From positions 60,001 through 92,000 of the forward strand of contig JAZDEL010000004.1 of assembly GCA_043808785.1 (NCBI GenBank): a DNA stretch of 32,000 nucleotides, given 5' to 3'. Position numbers and translations under genes: made by a program. The notes under the pieces were generated by a model, which worked only from the letters and a program-made list of their open reading frames with translations, ran no database searches and was not told the DNA's origin. Below are positions 21,702-30,270 of this stretch, piece by piece. The number at the start of each line of letters is the position of its first letter. The first letter of the stretch is position 1. This stretch comes from Candidatus Iainarchaeum sp. (GTDB lineage Archaea; Iainarchaeota; Iainarchaeia; Iainarchaeales; JAZDEL01).

Positions 21702-24700
21702 ATGGCTGAAAACACCGGGCTTTACAGGAGCCTTGAGAATAAATATTACGATTTCCTCGATATGCTCGAAGCCAGGGGCATTCCGGTTTACAAGCTCGTG
21801 AACGCGATAGAGGCGCAGAACATACCCACCTTCCCGATTGCGATTTTGCTGAGCATTGCTGTGCTTGCGCTGCTTGCGTGGGGCATTGCCGGAATTCTCG
21901 CGCCAGCGCAGGGCACGCTCACTGTTGTCGTGCAGGACTCCGGGGGAAGCGCGCTTTCGGGGGCGATTGTAACGGTTACGCCCGCATCCGGGCAGAGTTT
22001 GCCCCCCACAACAACTAACCGCGACGGGGAGGCAAAATTCGGCGTGCCGCTTAACCAGCTGATTAAGGCCGAGGCAAAGAAGGAGGGGCACAGCACTGAG
22101 TCTGAGAGCACGACGGTTTCCGCGCAGGAAGGCAAGGTGCTCATAATACTGAGTGAGGAAACAGGCACGGAGCACAAGACAATAAGCCTTGTGAAGTACG
22201 GCACGAACGAACTTGTCAGGGATTCGGTCACAGTGCAGTTCAGCTGCAGCGGAAGCGGCTGGAAGGCCACTGAAACAACAACGAACGGCAGGATTGAACT
22301 TGATGTGCCGGGGGATTGCGGAACAATGTACGCGTTCCCGCAGGGGGGATATAGCACAAGCAACGACAGCTTCGGCAGCGGGGACGCATTCACAATGTAC
22401 CTTTCGCAGGAGGAGGCGGGGAAGGGAATTGTGATTGCATCCGTTACGGACAAGGACGGGAAAACGATTTCGGGGATTGATGTTTCGCTTTTCGAGGAGG
22501 GCATGGGAAGGGTGATTACACTCACAACGCCCGCAAGCGGAATGCTCACATTCAAAAATATTCCCGCAGGGCGCTATTACCCCGTGACTTATGACGCAAC
22601 AGGAACCTATGCGGAGTATGACGGCAGCGAAAGCGGCAATGTAAAGAGCCTGCAGGCGGGAGGGAGCGTGGAGTTCGGCATAGTGCTTGGCAAGGCAGCT
22701 GTAGGGACCATAAAAATCTACGCGCGCGACAAGGAGACCCTTGAGGGAATTTCGGGCGCGAAAATTTCACTCAGCAAGGGCGGCACGCAGATAAAGGACG
22801 AGTTCACGGGCAACGACGGGAAGGTTACGCTCTACGTGGGGGAGGATGTGGCTTACGATGTTACAATAGACAAGGCGGGATATCTCATAGAAAACCTGAA
22901 CGGAATTATGCCCAGCGCGGATTTCAGGGAAGTGATGCTTGCAAAGGCGACCGAGCAGAACAGCCGCTCGCTTGCCGTAACCGTGCAGGACGAGAGGGGC
23001 GCGCCTGTGGAGGACGCAAGGCTTGTGCTCAAGCTTGCCAGCGACGGCACCCCTGTCGGCAGCGAACTAGTTACAGGGGCGAACGGCAGGGCGAGGTTCG
23101 AGAGGCTCGAGGCGGGCACATATTACGTTTATGCATACAAGCCGGGATATGGCGACGGAAGTTCCGCGCCGGTTACGGTGAGCGGCAGGGAGGAGGCAAC
23201 CGCAAAAGTGACAATAAACATAGGCGAGGGGGGCATAGGAGCAAGCGTGCTTGACGAGCAGGGCCAGCCTGTCGGGGGGGCAAGGGTAAGGCTTGTGAAT
23301 GCGCGCGCAATGGAAACGATGCAGGATTCGGTTGCGGACGCGCAGGGATATGTTAAATTCGGCGTGAGGATTGACAAGAAAGTTTTCCTTATTGCCTCCT
23401 CACAGGGCTTCATGCAGCACACGACAGTGCCCCTGCAGGCTGCGAAGGACACAACGCAGGACATTGAAATAAGGCTTGTTAAGGCGGTGCCGAACCTGCA
23501 GGTGAAACTGCTCGGGATTTACACGGGCGGCCAGCAGGTGGGGGAATCGGACGGGATGCTTAACGCAGGCGGGCTTTACACAGCGAAACTGCAGTTGCTT
23601 ATTCCCGAGGGGGCGTCATTCAACGAGGCGGGCGTGCATGTGCGCACAGGCGCTGCGGACAGCACAATCATGGAGAAGGATTATTTATACATAACAAATG
23701 TGCGCGCCGCATACAGCTCCGTAATGCGCGGCACATCCTATAACCCGCCGAACGGTTACGCAAAGGACGCGGAGCATTTGACAAGCGGGAACGCGAAATG
23801 GGCGAATGTAAATTTCACGCAGGTCGGGGGAGGGGTTTATGATGTTGAGGCGGATATACAGGTCAGCGGCGCAGCTGCGAACGGCACAGCGCTTGATTTG
23901 TGGTACAGGGGCTGGGGAAAGGCGGGGAGTTATGTAAGGTTCCCTGCCGACACGGCATTGGGAGGGGCGGAGAGCAATGCGGAGAAGCAGGCATTATATG
24001 CGCAGGCAAATAACAGGCACTACACTGCGGGAATTGCTTCCCCGTGCTACGGGAATTTCTGCGCGAACTTTTTAATCGAGGATTTGGACGAGGGGCTGAA
24101 GACAGCTGTAATTGACGAGTATGTGGCAAGGGCGGGGGGAAGATACAGCCTTGCATTTTCGGTGAACAGCATTTCGGAAAGCGTTTTCGGCGGGGCGAAA
24201 CTGAAGATTTACGACAGCACAGGCAGCCTTGCGCTCGGGGATTATGAGATACTCACCGCGGCGGGGGAAAACAAAAAAGGCGCGGGAAAGGGCGGCCTTG
24301 TGGAACTTGACATAGGGGACATAAGCAAAGATGGGGTTGTGCAGGGGCGCGTGAATTTCAGCGCCGTGAAGGAAGGCACTGCACTGCTTGAGGTGAGCGT
24401 TGTCTCTGACGCCGAGAAAGTTTTCACGCAGGAAATAAGGTTTAACATCGAACCCGCGAAGGCGATGGTTGTTGAAGTTGTGCCCAAAGTAATCGTGCCT
24501 TATGTGAACAACAACATGCTTATCCACGTTGCCGATGAAAGCGGCGCCTCGATTGCGAACGCGCGCATTGCGCTGCTCAAGGACGGGGCGATTATTGCGG
24601 ACGGGGAAACGGATTCTTCGGGAGTGTTCCCTTACACGCTGCTTGCCCCGAGCGCCGGGAGCGTATTGAGGATTGAGGCGGAAAAGACAGGCTACAAGAA

Positions 24701-27700
24701 GGCGGCGCTCGAACTCACTGTTAACGAGAACATACTCAATGTGAAGCCGCAGAAGATTAAGGAAACGCTCACGCTCGGCAGCGAGACAAAGAAGGAGGTC
24801 GTGATAATCCTGCGGAACCTCACCGTAATACCGCTCGCGCTCGAGGAGATGCAGGCGAGCGGCGAGTTCAAGGATTATGTCGCTTTCGATTTCGGGAAGG
24901 TTGCCGCAGGTGCGCTGATTGATGTCAATGCCGACTCGAACGCAACCTTCGGGATTTCGGTAACTGGAAAAGGCAATAACATAACCGCGCCGAAAACAAC
25001 AAGCGGCTCAGTGGGGATTTATGTAAGCAATCCCGAGTTCGGCAGGACATGGGTTACGCAGGTGCCTGCGGAAGTCAGGATAGGGTTCGGTGCCGAGGTT
25101 GACGATGCCGAGTGCTTTGGCTTGTATCCGACAGACTGGAAGCTGTTCACGGGCACCGCAAAGAAAACACTTGCCGTGACTCTCACGAACTCGTGCACGG
25201 TTTCGGGGGAGCCTGTTGCGCTGAAGAAACTGCAGGCGCGCTTAGTCCCGAGTGCGCAGAACGAGCTCGGAAAGTTCAGGGTTTCATCCGAACTGAACGA
25301 GGGCGGTGCTGTAGAGCTCTCGAACAAGTTCCAGACAATTACAATGAACGTGCCCGCGGGGGAAAGCGCCTCGGAGCCCGCACAGTCGGCCCTTACCCTC
25401 GAGTTCCTGCCAGCGGACATCGCTTCCGGCGGCGGGGAGTTCACGCTGGAGTTCGTTGCCGTTAATTACACCGAAGGCGGGGACGAACAATTGAAGCAGA
25501 AAATAAAGGCGGAGGTGCACATAGACAACCTTGCGCAGTGCGTGGAGATAGTGCAGGACAGGGATTTGGTTATCGAGACCGCTGGCTACAACACGGGCTG
25601 GGGGAATTACGGGAATAATTTCTGGAACGGCGGGAGCAACAATTATTTCAACCCTATGCAGAACACGTGGCAGAACTACGGGATGGGGGCACAGAATTAC
25701 GGCATGGGGATGCAGAATTATGGCGGCGCGAACCCGATGATGGACACAACATACCGCGGCACGGGAACGCCGAATTACATGGGCAGTTACAATTACCTGA
25801 GCCAGCAGTATTACCCGAGCGCGAGCTGGAGTTACCCTTTCCAGGCATCGGATTATTACGACAGCAGGGCATCGAGTTCATGGGGCGTGGGGGGAAGCGG
25901 AACGCAGTACGGAGGGGCGACAAAATTCACGGTGAAGAACAACTGCGCATCGGGCGTGGATATAGAACTTGATGTTGACCCCGCGCTGACGGTGCAGGAC
26001 GGCAGTTTCAAGATAGACAGCACCGCGGGGAAGGATGTTGAAGTTAGGTCGGCTTACGCGATAGGGAGGTACGCGATAAAGGTAAAGGCGAAGGTTGCGG
26101 GGAGCACCGAGGCTGCAGCGGAAGTGAAAACCGTTTATGTCACCGTGGAGAACGCATACACGAAAAATTACATGGACTGCATAAGCGTCGAGCCCGCGCG
26201 CACGATAAAGTTCAACGATTTCCTCGCGAAGGCGCAGACGCTTACCGTGACAAACACGTGCTACAACGAGGGCGTGAGGCTTATGCCAACGACAAGCGGC
26301 ATAAATTTCAGCGGCGCAAGCACGCCTGTGCAGAGCGAGGGAGTGGGGAGCGAGGTAGTGAAGCAATGGGCCGTGCTGGGCGCGCCGATGTACCAGTCCA
26401 TGGCTGACGGGAAGGTGATGGAGAAGGTAAAATACGAGATAATAAAGAACATAGCGTGGCACGACAGGGCGAAGCAGCAGGTCTCCGCCAACAACCCCGT
26501 AAGGGTTATTGCGAACATAAGGTACGAGGTAAGCGCGGCATATTACGCCGTCGAGGAGCGCACTACACTTTACGTTAATTTCACGAACAAGTACGGGCAG
26601 AGCCAGAGCGTGCCATTCAGCATGATACTCGAGGATTACTGGGAGCTGGGGCCCTTCGTGGAGCAGTATGCCCCGACTTTCGGGAGCGCGTGCCCAAGCA
26701 ATTCTTGCATCAACACGGATGCCATGAACTTTTACAAAACCTACAACGGCGACTGCATACCCGACGAGCACCTGAACAGGGTTTTCAGCAGCGCGGACAA
26801 CGGAGGAGTGATGAAGATTTCGCAGAACGCGCGCGACCCGAAAACGGGGGCGCTTGTGGAGACGAGCGGGTTCGGCAGCGGGGACACGATAGCCGAACTC
26901 ACGGTTGTGGGGGACGCGGATGACGGAAAGACGGACGGCTGGATTAATATCGGGCACGGGGCAAGGGCGCAGTTCACGATTGCGAAGGGCAAGCAGAACA
27001 TAAATATGAAGCTGGATTTGAGCAACCGCGACGGGGAGAAGATTGACGGCTCGGTTAAGCTGCTGTTCACGATAAACAGGATGAGCCCCGGCCTGAAGTC
27101 CGCGGAACAGCACAGCATAATGGTGACATTCTGCATAAAGGCGGGAAAGACGGGGAAGGCGCTGACGGAGGAGGAGAAGCTGGCTGATGCAAGGACACCG
27201 AAACCCGCGGTTTCCGCGGGCGGCGTTAAGTGCGATACCGGCGGAGCGTTCGGGAAGTACGGGTTCGATAAGTTACTGTGGGACTGGAGATTTACGGGGG
27301 ACAATGTTGAAAACGGAAGCGCGGTAACAAGGCTGGCGTGCAACTCGCAGAAGTGGGACGGCGCAACAAACACCATGATCGACAACATGAACGGCGCGAA
27401 ATTCTGCGACGGAACGCAGTTCATGATTACGCTGGAGAAGAAGGCGGAGATGATAGCAAACATTCTGAATGCACACAGTGGCGAATTGTCGTGCGGCTTC
27501 TGCGGCACTGACGCACAATACAGGACTTCGGAGAACCTCTGGAGATGGGCACTGAAGCAGGTCGCTGTGCCAGATGCATATGCCGGAGATACGTTCTATT
27601 TTATTCTTGCGGATGCGGGCGAAGGAAAACTTGAGGTGCTCGAGAGAAGCGGCAAGATTGGCGCTTCGGAAGCAAAAGAATTCCCGCAACTGGCAATTAC

Positions 27701-29480
27701 AGCCACGGAAGTGACGAATGAAAGCGGGAAGAGCAATGCGGCGGAAATATTCACCAGCGTAACAGCCACACTCCGGAACACAGAAAACCAGAAGAAGGGA
27801 TGGTTCTCGGATGTTCTTGCGGTTGTCAAGGATGAAACTGGTGACAGCCAGGGCCACAAGGAAGCATATGAATCGCTCGGCATGAACCACGTCGAGCTCT
27901 ACAATAAAAAAGACAGAAATGAAGGCACAATAGGCGCCTGGTTTATGACCCTTGGAGAGTTCTATGCCCTGGATAAGGCGATAAAAGAGGCAGGGGACCA
28001 ATGCAAAAGCGGCACGTGCACATTCAAACTGGCACTCTGGGACGATAAAACAAAAACTAGGGTTCCAAAAGACATTACACTTGACTCAAAAGTCCTACAG
28101 GACATATATAAAAATATTGAGTTCGTTTACGGAATAAGGAACTATGCGGGCACGACGCCTGCCGAGAGGGACGAGGCGATGCTGAACGGGGCATCAGTTG
28201 TGCCAAACCTCCTGCAGTTCTATAAGGAAAACATAGATTTCCAGGCGCTGCTGATAAAGGACGGATACGGCAAGGGCTTCACCGCGGACTTCAAGGCGAA
28301 GTATCCGAATGAGATAATAAACGACGGCGCGGGATGGAACTTCACCAAAGGCGCGCTTGCGGAATCGGGAAACTACTCCGCGCTGCTGAACTACAAGTGG
28401 GATAAAGATATGAAAGCAAGCGGCGTGGATGTCACTGCCGTGAAGAAGCAGGGGCTTGCGGATATCGACGGCAAAAACGAGCCGAAAACCGCTTACGTGC
28501 AAAACCCGTTCATGAACATGGCGTTCGACGGGGATGTGGGGCTGGATAAGGATGGAGTGTTCCGGAGGAGCGGCTACGGCATTTTGATGAAGCTTGAGAA
28601 GTATGAGGGCGAAGCCGTATATGCGCGCTACAGTGCAAACCCGTCATATGCCGCCGAGTATAAAATGAACAAGGTGGGCTCCACTGGCGAACCGCTGAAT
28701 ACGTATTCCCTCCACTACAATTACGACTGGGAAAACACGAGCACGGGGAGGATTCTTGAATTAACAGGCAACACCGTAAAGTTCAACCCCACAGATCCCG
28801 TCGTAATAAACCTGCAGATAGACAATAAGGGGCCGCTCAAAAAGGAAACCATAGGGTTTGTTTACGACATCAGCAACAAAGTGTGGAGCCTGAAGACGCT
28901 AAGCAAAGACGGCCGCGCTAATCCGCTGGATTGGATAGTGCAGCAGAACTCAATGGGCGGCACGAAAACAGACGGCGACACGATAAAAGGCGAGTTGGAA
29001 CACCCATGGGGCATTTGCTTTGCCAGGGGGATCTTCAACGACCCCACAGTCTCATACGAGGCTGAGCACGAAGGCCACCTAATACTGAGAAGCATTGTTT
29101 ATGCGCCAGTGAATGTGACATTTGAAGGGGCAAAGCAAAACAAAATAGGGCCGACAAAATTCGAGATATTGTGCACGGATGACCGCATCCAGAAACAGAA
29201 CATAACAATCCTTGACGATAAAAGCACGGTGTTGCCTAGTGCGAGCGGCACCGACCGCCTTAACGGCACGGAAGACAACAGGCTGTCCACGCACTACACT
29301 TGGAAACAGTTGTTCGAGATGATAAGCGACAACGGCACCACTATTGAAAAAATAGGCCCTAGCCAGAGGGCGAATTATGTGTGCGTAGACACAAGCAATG
29401 GCGGAATGACGCTTTTGTGGAACGAGGATTACATACTGAACCAGCTCTCCCCAACTGGCGAGGCACCTAAAGGGAACTGA
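21702..29480 (+). CDS. Giant membrane-anchored surface protein 2 (2592 aa), paralog of giant 1
   Basis: An uninterrupted 7779-nt ORF. The N-terminus is LYRSLENKYYDFLDMLEARGIPVYKLVNAIEAQNIPTFP followed by the TM helix IAILLSIAVLALLAWGIAG. At least 6 CarboxypepD_reg-like repeats are present (e.g. LAVTVQDERGAPVEDARLVLKL...GRARFERLEAGTYYVYAYKPGYG). The mid-region is homologous to giant 1, and there is an N/Q/Y/G-rich segment. Confidence 0.85.
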   Translation: MAENTGLYRSLENKYYDFLDMLEARGIPVYKLVNAIEAQNIPTFPIAILLSIAVLALLAWGIAGILAPAQGTLTVVVQDSGGSALSGAIVTVTPASGQSLPPTTTNRDGEAKFGVPLNQLIKAEAKKEGHSTESESTTVSAQEGKVLIILSEETGTEHKTISLVKYGTNELVRDSVTVQFSCSGSGWKATETTTNGRIELDVPGDCGTMYAFPQGGYSTSNDSFGSGDAFTMYLSQEEAGKGIVIASVTDKDGKTISGIDVSLFEEGMGRVITLTTPASGMLTFKNIPAGRYYPVTYDATGTYAEYDGSESGNVKSLQAGGSVEFGIVLGKAAVGTIKIYARDKETLEGISGAKISLSKGGTQIKDEFTGNDGKVTLYVGEDVAYDVTIDKAGYLIENLNGIMPSADFREVMLAKATEQNSRSLAVTVQDERGAPVEDARLVLKLASDGTPVGSELVTGANGRARFERLEAGTYYVYAYKPGYGDGSSAPVTVSGREEATAKVTINIGEGGIGASVLDEQGQPVGGARVRLVNARAMETMQDSVADAQGYVKFGVRIDKKVFLIASSQGFMQHTTVPLQAAKDTTQDIEIRLVKAVPNLQVKLLGIYTGGQQVGESDGMLNAGGLYTAKLQLLIPEGASFNEAGVHVRTGAADSTIMEKDYLYITNVRAAYSSVMRGTSYNPPNGYAKDAEHLTSGNAKWANVNFTQVGGGVYDVEADIQVSGAAANGTALDLWYRGWGKAGSYVRFPADTALGGAESNAEKQALYAQANNRHYTAGIASPCYGNFCANFLIEDLDEGLKTAVIDEYVARAGGRYSLAFSVNSISESVFGGAKLKIYDSTGSLALGDYEILTAAGENKKGAGKGGLVELDIGDISKDGVVQGRVNFSAVKEGTALLEVSVVSDAEKVFTQEIRFNIEPAKAMVVEVVPKVIVPYVNNNMLIHVADESGASIANARIALLKDGAIIADGETDSSGVFPYTLLAPSAGSVLRIEAEKTGYKKAALELTVNENILNVKPQKIKETLTLGSETKKEVVIILRNLTVIPLALEEMQASGEFKDYVAFDFGKVAAGALIDVNADSNATFGISVTGKGNNITAPKTTSGSVGIYVSNPEFGRTWVTQVPAEVRIGFGAEVDDAECFGLYPTDWKLFTGTAKKTLAVTLTNSCTVSGEPVALKKLQARLVPSAQNELGKFRVSSELNEGGAVELSNKFQTITMNVPAGESASEPAQSALTLEFLPADIASGGGEFTLEFVAVNYTEGGDEQLKQKIKAEVHIDNLAQCVEIVQDRDLVIETAGYNTGWGNYGNNFWNGGSNNYFNPMQNTWQNYGMGAQNYGMGMQNYGGANPMMDTTYRGTGTPNYMGSYNYLSQQYYPSASWSYPFQASDYYDSRASSSWGVGGSGTQYGGATKFTVKNNCASGVDIELDVDPALTVQDGSFKIDSTAGKDVEVRSAYAIGRYAIKVKAKVAGSTEAAAEVKTVYVTVENAYTKNYMDCISVEPARTIKFNDFLAKAQTLTVTNTCYNEGVRLMPTTSGINFSGASTPVQSEGVGSEVVKQWAVLGAPMYQSMADGKVMEKVKYEIIKNIAWHDRAKQQVSANNPVRVIANIRYEVSAAYYAVEERTTLYVNFTNKYGQSQSVPFSMILEDYWELGPFVEQYAPTFGSACPSNSCINTDAMNFYKTYNGDCIPDEHLNRVFSSADNGGVMKISQNARDPKTGALVETSGFGSGDTIAELTVVGDADDGKTDGWINIGHGARAQFTIAKGKQNINMKLDLSNRDGEKIDGSVKLLFTINRMSPGLKSAEQHSIMVTFCIKAGKTGKALTEEEKLADARTPKPAVSAGGVKCDTGGAFGKYGFDKLLWDWRFTGDNVENGSAVTRLACNSQKWDGATNTMIDNMNGAKFCDGTQFMITLEKKAEMIANILNAHSGELSCGFCGTDAQYRTSENLWRWALKQVAVPDAYAGDTFYFILADAGEGKLEVLERSGKIGASEAKEFPQLAITATEVTNESGKSNAAEIFTSVTATLRNTENQKKGWFSDVLAVVKDETGDSQGHKEAYESLGMNHVELYNKKDRNEGTIGAWFMTLGEFYALDKAIKEAGDQCKSGTCTFKLALWDDKTKTRVPKDITLDSKVLQDIYKNIEFVYGIRNYAGTTPAERDEAMLNGASVVPNLLQFYKENIDFQALLIKDGYGKGFTADFKAKYPNEIINDGAGWNFTKGALAESGNYSALLNYKWDKDMKASGVDVTAVKKQGLADIDGKNEPKTAYVQNPFMNMAFDGDVGLDKDGVFRRSGYGILMKLEKYEGEAVYARYSANPSYAAEYKMNKVGSTGEPLNTYSLHYNYDWENTSTGRILELTGNTVKFNPTDPVVINLQIDNKGPLKKETIGFVYDISNKVWSLKTLSKDGRANPLDWIVQQNSMGGTKTDGDTIKGELEHPWGICFARGIFNDPTVSYEAEHEGHLILRSIVYAPVNVTFEGAKQNKIGPTKFEILCTDDRIQKQNITILDDKSTVLPSASGTDRLNGTEDNRLSTHYTWKQLFEMISDNGTTIEKIGPSQRANYVCVDTSNGGMTLLWNEDYILNQLSPTGEAPKGN
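25671..25727 (+). repeat. Three tandem QNYG(M/G)G units inside giant gene 2
   Basis: The stretch encodes QNYGMGAQNYGMGMQNYGG. The underlying DNA units are CAGAA(C/T)TA(C/T)GG(G/C)ATGGGG. Confidence 0.7.
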
Positions 29481-29484
29481 AACC

Positions 29485-29997
29485 ATGAAGCCCCAAATCC
29501 TCATTGCAATCCTTCTCGGAGCCCTGCTGTTCGGCATGGGCGCTTTTGTTTCGTATTTCTTCAGCCTCGGGATAACGCCATTCAGCCTCGGCTTCGGCGA
29601 AATTGTTGATCTGGCATTGCTCACGCTTGTTGTGCTTGTTTCATCGCTTTTCCTTTTCGGCTATGCGGGCGTCTTCGTTCTTTTCCTCATAGGCACGACT
29701 TACGGGCAGAGCCTGATGCTTAACCCGCTGATTGCGTGCGTTTCCGCAATACCCCTGCTCTTCGCGCTTGTTGCGGGGAATTTCACGGGAATTTTCCTGC
29801 GCGATGATATGGATGAGAAAAGCAATGTAAGGGACCAGAGGTTCTGGATTTCCGCGCTTATTATTATTGCAGTTGTGTCGGCGGTGCTTGTTGCTATCGC
29901 AATCCCGATGCTTCCGCAGGTAACCGTGAATGTGAGCGAACTGCTTTCCGGCTTCCAGCAGGCACAGCCCTCCGGAAGCGGGCTGCCCTTCGGGTAA
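29485..29997 (+). CDS. Polytopic (about 5-TM) membrane protein of unknown function
   Basis: 170 aa with five hydrophobic stretches: ILIAILLGALLFGMGAFVSYFF, LALLTLVVLVSSLFLFGY, VFVLFLIGTTY, LIACVSAIPLLFALVAGNFTGIFL and FWISALIIIAVVSAVLVAIAIPML. It starts 4 nt after the giant gene 2 stop, so it is probably co-transcribed. Confidence 0.65.
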   Translation: MKPQILIAILLGALLFGMGAFVSYFFSLGITPFSLGFGEIVDLALLTLVVLVSSLFLFGYAGVFVLFLIGTTYGQSLMLNPLIACVSAIPLLFALVAGNFTGIFLRDDMDEKSNVRDQRFWISALIIIAVVSAVLVAIAIPMLPQVTVNVSELLSGFQQAQPSGSGLPFG

Positions 29998-30164
29998 GCG
30001 GCGATTAACCGGTGCGGGCGGCGTACAGTTCGGGCAGGGGCAGCGCGCTAAGGGGCAAAGTTAACCCGCATATGCTTGTTTCGGCTTTTGGTTCCGATTT
30101 TCTACATAACCAAAAAACGTGCGCAGCGCAAAAAAGGCGCAAACGGCGCGCAATCGGCGCACCA

Positions 30165-30199
30165 GAATATATAAATAGTTATTGAAACTAATTAATTAG
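30165..30199 (+). promoter_or_regulatory. TATA-like promoter region of giant gene 3
   Basis: GAATATATAAATAG (30165..30178), followed by the perfect 12-bp palindrome CTAATTAATTAG (30188..30199), lies 70-105 nt upstream of the start. Confidence 0.3.
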
Positions 30200-30270
30200 T
30201 GAATAATGAGTGAAATCGCCGCGGTTGCGCGCAAAATTTTGCCTGCGGCGGCGAAAGGGGGATGCCGGGC

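Noticed and set aside
25878-27113. 411-aa minus-strand ORF inside giant gene 2. Similar ORFs occur at 21788..22555, 26741..27508 and 27273..28001.
   Set aside because: Same reasoning: these are antisense shadows of a 7.8-kb ORF, with low-complexity R/P/H or S/P/F-rich products and no start context.
29067-29078. An HEGH tetrapeptide in giant protein 2, which could be a zinc-metalloprotease motif.
   Set aside because: The motif is HExH, not HExxH, and I saw no downstream third ligand or Met-turn context.
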